From Candidatus Pacearchaeota archaeon CG10_big_fil_rev_8_21_14_0_10_34_76 (GTDB taxonomy: Archaea; Nanobdellota; Nanobdellia; Pacearchaeales; GW2011-AR1): a stretch of 61,685 nt of DNA. The position numbers were made by a program, and so were the translations under genes. The stretch is from NCBI GenBank assembly GCA_002763075.1, contig PFDB01000002.1:128286-189970 (forward strand), given 5' to 3'. The notes under the pieces were generated by a model, which was not told the DNA's origin, did no database searches, and saw nothing but the letters and a program-made list of their open reading frames with translations. Shown here piece after piece: positions 55,001 to 61,685 of the stretch (position 1 is the first letter of the stretch; each line of letters starts with the position of its first letter).

Positions 55001-55444
55001 GATATTAACGGGGGGGCTTTGAATTCTTCTTATAAATCTCTTCCTACAATGGGAGATAAGGTTGAGAAAATGATGGAGCTTTGTAAAAAGATAAGGGCAG
55101 TGGATACTACAGATGTGGCTAGATTAGTTATAGAAAGACATTTTATTAGAGATATCAGGGGTAATTTTAGAAAGTTTTCAATGCAGGTTTTTAGGTGTGT
55201 GGGATGTAATGAAAAATATAGAAGGCCCCCATTGGTCGGAAAGTGTACTAAATGCGGAGGAAAGTTGATATTTACAATATCTGAGGGAAGTATTTTGAAA
55301 TATATGCAGGGGGCTTTGAATTTAGCTAATACATTTGGGGTTAGTTCTTATTTAATTGAATGTCTGGATCTTGTTAATAGAGATATTGAGGGGATGTTTG
55401 GAAGGGATGCCGAGAAACAAGAGGCACTTAGTAAATGGTTCTGA
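51998..55444 (+). CDS. polC: DNA polymerase D large subunit DP2
   Basis: GPIRSAG, DLVAGRP, FRFRYGRSR, IGARMGRPEKA, KDGTIRYD, CDGDE, RGGTQDAPL, C-terminal zinc finger; no intein. Confidence 0.97.
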   Translation: MDIEGHFNEIDKKVKLAYVIAENARKKGLDPVTKVETPLAISLAEKTVGLISVVYPQIADQKIVDRILQLEEQHGQLNTAVAFKIAEEVAREKYCKFSSMLEAMEAGIRVGFSYITLGVVSSPIEGFTGLKVGKTKKGEDYLIAYFSGPIRSAGTTASCVVLMLIDYLRENFGFAKYDPDESEVKRYVTENYDYHERVTNLQYLPSEKEITYLAENLPIQIAGEPTEDKEVSNYKDLARVESNFIRGGMCLIFSEGLAQKAQKGLRLLKGVQEKGFVTSGWDYLEGYVELKNKKEKGASDSSPTYIKDLVAGRPVFGHPAASGSFRFRYGRSRTCGFSAMSVHPATMGITNSFISTGTQLKIEKPTKGCAISVSDGIDGPIVKMKDGSVLRPKTFDEALEVYPKVEEILYLGDILVPFGDVANRNYELIKPGYVEEWWNLELQKANSKEDVDYLNVGFEKSIELSKKYSLPLYPAYIYFWSQIKYEQFLSLIDWIAHGHLNEGGSLVLPFNHSEKERFSKGKRALELIGCEHNVTIENVVINPRESKALLFNIGVDIEKSWENQIELILKRIPKSGDVIEIINKLCSVVIKDKAGSFIGARMGRPEKAKLRKLTGSPHVIFPVGAEGGRLRSFQAALDVGFVQSDFPLFYCSNCKEEVVFPKCEWCGADSKKMNYCPRCDRNYEGNCPEHEFVLPYKNRKIDIRKYFEGAKKSVGLRIEELPAAVKGVRGTSSEEHRCEYLAKGLLRAKYNLHVNKDGTIRYDMTEMPLTHFKPREIGTSIKILKKLGYEKDIFGNEIEDVEQTIEIFPHDIILPSCPYSGDDRADETFVKVSQFVDDELEKVYGLERHFNANTKEEIIGELFACIAPHICTAVVGRLIGFSKTQTFFASPYIHAAMRRDCDGDEAAVMLLMDMLLNFSRKFLPAHRGGTQDAPLVLNSRINAGEVDDQILDFEAGAYPLELYELAEQKKHSSEVKIENIKMRLKGGNNPFINLVFTHNTSDINGGALNSSYKSLPTMGDKVEKMMELCKKIRAVDTTDVARLVIERHFIRDIRGNFRKFSMQVFRCVGCNEKYRRPPLVGKCTKCGGKLIFTISEGSILKYMQGALNLANTFGVSSYLIECLDLVNRDIEGMFGRDAEKQEALSKWF

Positions 55445-55525
55445 ATCTGTTTCTTGGACACAATCAGCAGGTCATTGTGAACATGATTGATTGAAAAGAA
55501 AATCAAGAAGTTTTAGGCAAGTGGT

Positions 55526-56734
55526 TTAAAAGTAGCTTGTAATATAAAATATTATTGTGGGGATGAGAAGAACGCCCATAAGGTTTATTCTTCTTATTGC
55601 TGATTTAATTGCAAAAATCCCAAGTGCCGTGGAAGCTATTAAGATTAATAATCCTATAATCCCTGTGAAAAAAATTGTTAAGATTGTTAAAAACCCAATT
55701 ATTGTAATTGAAAGAAACCTGTAATTAATTTTATTTATATTACTTGAAAAAAACTTGGATATGAAAAGTGCTATGAAGAATGCTATTAATCCTGAAATGA
55801 AAGAGAAAATTAGAAGGGTTATTAGATCTGTTTGTGTGAGTGAAGGCATTAATTTATTTATTGCAACTGCTGAGCCTGTACGTGTTTTGTTTATTATAAA
55901 TAGGGTGACAAAGCTTAATGTGATCACTATTGTATTTATTGCACCAAGGAGCATCATAAAACTTTTTTTTGATTGTTCTACAAGTTCTGAACCTATTACT
56001 GCTGCGTGTCCAGATCCTATACCTGGAAGAAATGAGCAGAGTGGTGCCGAGATGGATGCGCCAAAAATGGATTTGAAAAAATCTTTTTTTGTTGGTATAA
56101 CTTCTTTTAATTTACATATATTTTGAGGAGGGATAGATGGTTTGTCCTTTAGACTGATTATCAATGCAGATGTCCCGAATAATCCTGTAAGAAGAGGGAT
56201 AAGTGGCTGGTTTATTGGTATGTTCAAAGAAGAGAATCCTAAGAAGCCAGAAAGAAGGAAGACTATCAGACTGGTAAGAATATATTTTTCTCTAAGAATT
56301 AAATACGATGAAATAAATATAAGCAAAATGGGAAGAGCTAAGTGAATAGTTGGGTATATGATTGGAATGAAAATTATAAATATTGGGGTGAAGAATAGAA
56401 TAACCAAGAATGCAAAAAGAGAGCCATATAATGTTAAAATTATTGCTTCATGGGCTTTTCCTTCTTTTAACATTTCATGTCCAGGTAAGATGGATAAAAA
56501 AGTGTCTTCTTCTGGAGCACCAAGAAAAACAGAGGGAATGAAATCAATAAATGTATGGGTTGTAGCCATTGAGACTATAAATATTGCTAGAACTGTGGGT
56601 TGAAAACTAGTGAGATTTGATAAATTGGCAAGTAAAATGACAGCAATGAGATTAATATGGATGCCTGGAATCAAGCCTGTGATTGTTCCGGCAGTTATTC
56701 CGAGCAACAATGCGAAAGTAATTTCCAAAATCAA
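55526..56734 (-). CDS. TctA-like (DUF112) membrane protein
   Basis: GTITGLIPGIHIN, THTFIDFIPSVFLGAP, LPGH, LTGLFG, LPGIGS. Confidence 0.85.
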   Translation of the reverse strand: MILEITFALLLGITAGTITGLIPGIHINLIAVILLANLSNLTSFQPTVLAIFIVSMATTHTFIDFIPSVFLGAPEEDTFLSILPGHEMLKEGKAHEAIILTLYGSLFAFLVILFFTPIFIIFIPIIYPTIHLALPILLIFISSYLILREKYILTSLIVFLLSGFLGFSSLNIPINQPLIPLLTGLFGTSALIISLKDKPSIPPQNICKLKEVIPTKKDFFKSIFGASISAPLCSFLPGIGSGHAAVIGSELVEQSKKSFMMLLGAINTIVITLSFVTLFIINKTRTGSAVAINKLMPSLTQTDLITLLIFSFISGLIAFFIALFISKFFSSNINKINYRFLSITIIGFLTILTIFFTGIIGLLILIASTALGIFAIKSAIRRINLMGVLLIPTIIFYITSYF

Positions 56735-57093
56735 ATTATTTCTCTGAATGGATTTCTCCGAGTTAAGGTGACTTCTTCGAAATCAATTTTTCTTCCAATT
56801 CTAAAGTCTCCTAGGTAAATCCTATTTCTGCTTTGCATAACTCTTCTTGTTGAAGGATCTACAAATACGTCCCATTTTATTCCTAAATCTTTTACTGACC
56901 TATAGTCTGGATTGTTCATCAGGGATCTTGATTTAGTTTCACCCCCTAAAAAATCTAAACAACTATAGGAATAAAGTTCGCCGGTTTCAAAATCTTTAAT
57001 TATAAAATCAATGTAAAATGAGATGTCTTCCCCTATTTCTTTAGGATCTTTTGCTATAACGCCCACAAGAGCAAATTTGTTAAGTGCTACCAC
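56731..57093 (-). CDS. Hypothetical protein
   Basis: 120 aa with a GTG start; fills the gap. Confidence 0.55.
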   Translation of the reverse strand: MVALNKFALVGVIAKDPKEIGEDISFYIDFIIKDFETGELYSYSCLDFLGGETKSRSLMNNPDYRSVKDLGIKWDVFVDPSTRRVMQSRNRIYLGDFRIGRKIDFEEVTLTRRNPFREII

Positions 57094-57135
57094 TTTTTAT
57101 AACGAAGAAGAGATATTTATTCTTTTTGTTGGGCA

Positions 57136-58341
57136 TTATTGGGGAACAATGGCTGCTGTAGAATATTCTCTTATTAGTGATTTTGCTAGGGCTTTTACTT
57201 GTTCTAATGAAACGGATCTTATTTTTTTCTCGTGATTGTAATAATCTTCTTCTATATCTCCTGTTGCAAGATATGCAAAAAGGAGTTCATTCATGACTTT
57301 TGAGCTTTCTTCAGAGGTAACTTTTTTCAACCCAATTATTCTTTCCTTCGCCTCTTCTAGATTTTTTTCAGTCATATTATCTATGTTATTGAACTCTTGT
57401 AGTATGAGTGATTTTACTTCTGGGATTGCTTCTTTAGTTGTACCTGCATATATTGAATAATATGAATAAGAAGTTTCTGAATTAATTGAAGAGTTTACAG
57501 AATAAGCGAGACCTCTTTTTTCTCTTATTTCAAGGAAAAGGCGCGAGGACATTCCATTTGCAAGGTATGCGTCTAAAACTTCTAATACCTGATATTCAGG
57601 AGATGTTTGTAGGGGAGCATGGACTCCTAATAGGAAATGTGCTTGATCTAATCCAGGACGTTCTTCTATAGATTCTGCATTTTTCTTTATCACCTCTAAT
57701 GGGCTAGATGAGGGTTTATTCTCTGTTTGGAATGCAGTTTCTAAGTATTCTGAGAGTTTTTCAAAATCTGCTTTTCCTACTATTGTAACTATGTAATTTT
57801 CTGGGGAGTATTTTTTTGTGAAGAAGTTTGCAACGAAATCTCTCGAAAGAGCGGAGACTGTTTCCTTTGTTCCTATTATACCCCTACCAAATGGTTTTTC
57901 AAAAAGATTTTCCTGAATTTTCTCATATATATGGTATTGGGGAGTGTCATGGTAGAGTTTTATCTCTTCAAGAATTACCTTTTTTTCCTTTTCGAATTTT
58001 TCTTCATTAAATGAAGGATTTTTTAACATGTCTATGAGTATATCAAGGCCTTTGAAAAGATGTTCGCTAGGGAGTTTGAACCAGTAACTTGTGACATCTT
58101 CTGCTGTGAATGCATTCAATATTCCTCCGCGTTTTTCAATCTCTCTTGAGATATCCTCATGGCTTCTCGTGAGAGTTCCAGTGAATAATAAGTGCTCTAT
58201 AAAATGGGCAATACCTTTGATGTCCGAAGACTCGTGGGATGCTGCGAATGGATTTGATATGCTTAGAGATACAACTGGAAGGTCTCTTTCTTCGTGTAAG
58301 AGAGTCATACCATTTTTTAGAATACGTTTTTGGAACTTCAT
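57136..58341 (-). CDS. M16 family zinc peptidase
   Basis: GIAHFIEHLLFTGT (HxxEH), NAFT, SSRLFLEIREKRGLAY. Confidence 0.95.
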   Translation of the reverse strand: MKFQKRILKNGMTLLHEERDLPVVSLSISNPFAASHESSDIKGIAHFIEHLLFTGTLTRSHEDISREIEKRGGILNAFTAEDVTSYWFKLPSEHLFKGLDILIDMLKNPSFNEEKFEKEKKVILEEIKLYHDTPQYHIYEKIQENLFEKPFGRGIIGTKETVSALSRDFVANFFTKKYSPENYIVTIVGKADFEKLSEYLETAFQTENKPSSSPLEVIKKNAESIEERPGLDQAHFLLGVHAPLQTSPEYQVLEVLDAYLANGMSSRLFLEIREKRGLAYSVNSSINSETSYSYYSIYAGTTKEAIPEVKSLILQEFNNIDNMTEKNLEEAKERIIGLKKVTSEESSKVMNELLFAYLATGDIEEDYYNHEKKIRSVSLEQVKALAKSLIREYSTAAIVPQ

Positions 58342-58385
58342 TACTCGGAAGGAAAAAGGAAGATTAATAAAGTTTGCGGAGATTT

Positions 58386-58700
58386 ATGAATATGGTTGAG
58401 GGAAGAGCATTGGACGTTTATGCAAAAAACAGGGGGATTTCGATGGATGAACTTCTAGGATATAAAAAAGATCCTGAAGTTGAAAGAAGAGAAAGAGTTA
58501 TGAAGCTAGGGGCGGAAATGAGGTATTCTGATATGAGTCTTTTTGAGATCCAAGAGTATTTTGTTGAGAGATCTGAAGTGGTTAGTCACAGAGTCAATGT
58601 ACAAAAAAAGATGGATGAATCTGGGTTGACGAGGGCAAATGAAATAACTGCGCGAGCTGGAAGGTTGATAGAAAATGATTTTGATTTTATCATTTATTAA
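58386..58700 (+). CDS. Hypothetical protein
   Basis: About 104 aa; fills the gap. Confidence 0.55.
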   Translation: MNMVEGRALDVYAKNRGISMDELLGYKKDPEVERRERVMKLGAEMRYSDMSLFEIQEYFVERSEVVSHRVNVQKKMDESGLTRANEITARAGRLIENDFDFIIY

Positions 58701-58803
58701 TCAGTTAGGTATATCTTGATAATAAACTTCTATAAAATCCATTTATTTGGCTCTCTGGATTCATAGGTAATATTTTAAATCCTATTTTTCTTGGAAGATT
58801 AAG

Positions 58804-59712
58804 ATGCCAGTAAATGCAGGTTATGAATATTTTGAAGCTGAGAAGAAGTATTTGAATGCTCAGGGTTTAGATGAAAAAATTAAATGCTTGGAAGAGATGA
58901 TAAAGGTTGCCCCTAAACATAAAAGTTCGGAAAATCTTCTTGCAGAGCTAAAGACAAGACTAAAGAAATTTAGAGAGAAACAGGAAAAGGGAAAGAAGGT
59001 TGGAAAGGGGAAGAAAGGAATCAGAAAAGAGGGATTTCAGGTTGCACTAGTGGGCAAGGTAAATTCTGGAAAATCTGCATTGCTTGGAGCATTGACAAAT
59101 GCAAGGTCTTTTGTTTCTGATGTTGATTTCACTACATTCCAACCTGAAATTGGGGCGATGCAGTATGAAGGGGTGAAGGCGCAGATAGTGGATCTTCCAT
59201 CTATAGGGCATAAGGAATTTGATTATGGAGTCATAAATAATGCTGATTTAATATTAATGGTGGTTGAAAAAATTGATGATATTGCAGAAGTTGAAATTGT
59301 TCTGGAAAGGGCGGTTGGGAAGAGAATTCCAGTAATAAACAAGATTGACTTGCTTGATGAAAATGGAAAAAGAAAACTTGAACAGCAAGTAAGGGCTAAA
59401 AGAATAAAGGATTATGTTTTGATTTCTGCATTGTTAGGGGAAGGAATCTTGGAACTGAAGAAAAAAATATTTGAAAGTATGAATGTGATTAGGGTATTTA
59501 CTAAGGAGCCAGGGAAGCAATCTAATAATGACCCCATAGTTTTACCTACTGGGAGCAATGTTGAAGACGTGGCTGAGAGCATATACAAAGGATTTTCAAG
59601 ACAGGTTAAGGAATCCAGAGTAACTGGACCAAGTGGAAAGTTTTCAAATCAAAAGGTTGGACTGAAGCATATACTGAAGGACAGAGATGTTGTAGAGTTT
59701 CATACAAGGTAA
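58804..59712 (+). CDS. DRG/OBG-family GTP-binding protein with TGS domain
   Basis: PKHKSSE, GKVNSGKS, FTT, DLPS, NKID, C-terminal TGS (QKVGLKHILKDRDVVE). Confidence 0.92.
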   Translation: MPVNAGYEYFEAEKKYLNAQGLDEKIKCLEEMIKVAPKHKSSENLLAELKTRLKKFREKQEKGKKVGKGKKGIRKEGFQVALVGKVNSGKSALLGALTNARSFVSDVDFTTFQPEIGAMQYEGVKAQIVDLPSIGHKEFDYGVINNADLILMVVEKIDDIAEVEIVLERAVGKRIPVINKIDLLDENGKRKLEQQVRAKRIKDYVLISALLGEGILELKKKIFESMNVIRVFTKEPGKQSNNDPIVLPTGSNVEDVAESIYKGFSRQVKESRVTGPSGKFSNQKVGLKHILKDRDVVEFHTR

Positions 59713-59716
59713 TCAT

Positions 59717-59974
59717 TTATTTGTAAATATTGTTTATCCACCATTTTTTTAGTATTGGGATAGAAAGAGTAGATAAGAAAAATGCAAGTGAAGGGATTAT
59801 TGCATTAAGAAAAGGTTTCGGGAGATTGAGAATATAAAATGTTATTACTATAACGATGTACGTGAGGAGGATTATGCTTATTTTTCTTGATCGGCTAGTT
59901 TCCCAAGCTTTATCTGCCTCAACACGCTTGTTTCTAATCTTTAAATCGTTGATTTGTTTTTGAAAATCATTCAT
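59717..59974 (-). CDS. Two-TM hypothetical protein
   Basis: RNKRVEADKAWETS followed by two TM segments. Confidence 0.7.
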   Translation of the reverse strand: MNDFQKQINDLKIRNKRVEADKAWETSRSRKISIILLTYIVIVITFYILNLPKPFLNAIIPSLAFFLSTLSIPILKKWWINNIYK

Positions 59975-60977
59975 ATGCGTCTTTGTATAACTTGTAAAGG
60001 GATTTATTTTTTTGGATTTTTTCCAAAATCGAGTTTATTTCATTGGCCACGAAAAGCTTTATATCTAAGGGGTGAAGTTTTTTGGCTTTTACATCTTTTT
60101 CTATTTGAGAGAAATCAGAATATTCTAAATTTCCTCCGAACTTTTCAGGTCTTTTTATTATTAATTTTTGTTGGGTGTCTTGTTTTAATGGAAAAAGGAC
60201 ATATCTTATGAATTGCATTATTCCATTTTCAGAATCTCCTTCTGAAAATTCAGCATTTTTTATTTTTTTTGTGACCTCATCTGAGCTATCTAAAATATCT
60301 ATCTTGCTTCCTGGAATGCTTGCGCTCATTTTTTTCCCTATTAATCCTGGAATCATTGGGTTCATTAATTCAATGCGGGGGCTGTATCCTATTTTTGGAA
60401 GGTTTTCTCTAGCGAATACCATTATTTTTCTTTGATCTACTCCTCCAAATTGCATATCTACCTTAAGATATTCTTCATCTAGAGCTTGCATCATTGAGTA
60501 AATTAGTCCTGAGATGTTTGGATTTTCATTTTGCTTTACAACTTCCGAGGAAGCCTTGCTTGCATCTTTTTGAGAAACAAAGGTTGAAAGTTTAAGGAGA
60601 TCGTGAAAATAATTTGGGTTGAGTTGAAGTTTACTTCCCTTTACAAATTCTAATTTTTTAGAGTCTACGCCAAGAGCCTTAAGAATTTCTGGAAAAAGGG
60701 ATTCATAATATTTTTGCCTTTTATCTAAAATTTCCCAGGATACTCCGTCAAGAGCTGCATGCAAGTCCGCTATGAGAATTTTAACTTTTAACCCTGCTTT
60801 TAGGAAGTCTGCTATCTTGAGCATTGGAAGGAAATATGCAACGTGGGGGCTTCCAGTAGGCATCGTCCCCCAGTATATTGAAAGAGATTTTTTTTTAAGT
60901 GATTGTTTTAATTCCTCAATACTTATGACCTCTTGGAGATTTCTTGTAATTAATTCAAAACGTTGTTTATCATTCAT
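59967..60977 (-). CDS. tyrS: Tyrosine--tRNA ligase
   Basis: YWGTMPTGSPHVAY, ADLHA, QALDEEYL, QFGGVDQRKI, KMSAS, LHPLDIK. Confidence 0.97.
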   Translation of the reverse strand: MNDKQRFELITRNLQEVISIEELKQSLKKKSLSIYWGTMPTGSPHVAYFLPMLKIADFLKAGLKVKILIADLHAALDGVSWEILDKRQKYYESLFPEILKALGVDSKKLEFVKGSKLQLNPNYFHDLLKLSTFVSQKDASKASSEVVKQNENPNISGLIYSMMQALDEEYLKVDMQFGGVDQRKIMVFARENLPKIGYSPRIELMNPMIPGLIGKKMSASIPGSKIDILDSSDEVTKKIKNAEFSEGDSENGIMQFIRYVLFPLKQDTQQKLIIKRPEKFGGNLEYSDFSQIEKDVKAKKLHPLDIKLFVANEINSILEKIQKNKSLYKLYKDAYE

Positions 60978-61026
60978 TTTTAATGTAAGGGAAAAGTTAA
61001 TTTAAACCTTATGTTTATAATGAGGC

Positions 61027-61347
61027 ATGAGGAGAATTGCATTTATAATAGCTATATTCTGCATAGCATTAATTATCATTTTAATGCATAGTCTTCCGAT
61101 TGTGTCCATAAGTTCTGTAGATGAATTGGATGAACTTGAGCTGAAAACTCGAGTGTTTATTTCAGGAGTTGTGGATGGGGAAAGAGAATTTGGAGAGTTT
61201 AGAATATTGGAAGTGAATGGTGTAACTTTGACGTGTGAATGTCCTGGAAAGTATCTTGGCAAGGATATAAATGTTATGGGGATTGTTGGAGAGTTCAATG
61301 GAAAAAAACAGGTCAATGTTTTAAGGATGAACTATCAAAACATATAA
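61027..61347 (+). CDS. Membrane-anchored OB-fold-like protein
   Basis: N-terminal TM segment; VFISGVV...INVMGIVGEFNGKKQV. Confidence 0.65.
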   Translation: MRRIAFIIAIFCIALIIILMHSLPIVSISSVDELDELELKTRVFISGVVDGEREFGEFRILEVNGVTLTCECPGKYLGKDINVMGIVGEFNGKKQVNVLRMNYQNI

Positions 61348-61390
61348 ATAGCGAGCACGATTATTTTAAAGTATAATAAATGTATAACTT

Positions 61391-61408
61391 AATACTTAAT
61401 TAAGTATT
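61391..61408. promoter_or_regulatory. 18-bp perfect palindrome (putative operator)
   Basis: AATACTTAATTAAGTATT immediately upstream of an AbrB-like gene. Confidence 0.55.
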
Positions 61409-61422
61409 TAATAAGTATCTAG

Positions 61423-61608
61423 ATGGCAAAAGAAAGGGGTGTGAAGGGAAAGGAGATTCTTTTTAAAAAAGGAATAAAAATCCAAGGTCTTAATAGGGTT
61501 GCCTTGCCAAAAGAGCTATTAGAAAATCTTGATTTAAGAGAAGGAGATAAAATTGTCTTATACTTTGATCCAAATAGCGGATCTATAATAATAAGGAGAG
61601 AGAAATGA
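61423..61608 (+). CDS. AbrB/MazE/SpoVT-family DNA-binding protein
   Basis: RVALPKELLENLDLREGDKI. Confidence 0.85.
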   Translation: MAKERGVKGKEILFKKGIKIQGLNRVALPKELLENLDLREGDKIVLYFDPNSGSIIIRREK

Positions 61609-61685
61609 ATAAAAAAGGGGTTATTAAAATTGGATTGGTTGGAGTGTTATTGGGAGTAGTTCTTTTTCTTGCAGTCTTTTTGGAG
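61605..61685 (+). CDS. Start of an exported protein with a class III-like signal peptide (truncated by window end)
   Basis: MNKKGVIKIGLVGVLLGVVLFLAVFLE; ATGA overlap with the upstream stop. Confidence 0.55.
   Translation, partial: MNKKGVIKIGLVGVLLGVVLFLAVFLE

Noticed and set aside
51998-55444. Intein in, or inactivation of, PolD DP2
   Set aside because: Length is normal, there is no insertion at the CDGD site, and both catalytic aspartates (DGD) are present. The DGDEA variant alters only the downstream acidic residue.
1-61685. Alternative genetic code, diversity-generating retroelement or IS elements
   Set aside because: Conserved genes translate full length with standard stops. No reverse transcriptase, template/variable repeat pair with adenine-specific mismatches, or transposase was seen.

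Overview
AT-rich chromosomal segment of a small-genome archaeon. The gene set (PolD, Orc1/Cdc6, SecDF, XerA, stand-alone 5S rRNA, short intergenic spaces, many ORFans) suggests a DPANN lineage, most likely Pacearchaeales/Woesearchaeales (inference). From left to right: (1) a surface-glycan cluster with a pseudaminic-acid pathway (pseB, pseC, pseF-like, pseI) in which pseH and pseG are absent and a formyltransferase and a HAD-NUDIX fusion are present instead; (2) a GC-rich 39-bp tandem repeat, secD/secF, three tRNAs, a duplicated cytidylate kinase, 5S rRNA, rnp4, rpoN and a MacB-type ABC system; (3) a ribosomal/RNA polymerase operon containing a tRNA-Leu with an AAG anticodon, which is rare in archaea; (4) xerA, a pilin, a metalloprotease, slyD, a RecJ-like nuclease and a run of small ORFans sharing repeated promoter modules; (5) an unexplained locus at 39.9-43.0 kb with two convergent, similar coiled-coil/winged-helix genes embedded in several repeat arrays, including a 10.5-bp-phased TGTTT array and two origin-recognition boxes (ORBs) inside a coding sequence; (6) lhr, a PRC-barrel gene, oriC, the cdc6-DP1-DP2 operon, an M16 peptidase, a GTPase and tyrS. 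The best candidate for an undescribed system is the origin-proximal winged-helix/repeat locus, possibly a centromere-like or Orc1-linked control module. All annotations come from reading motifs by eye; no database searches were run.
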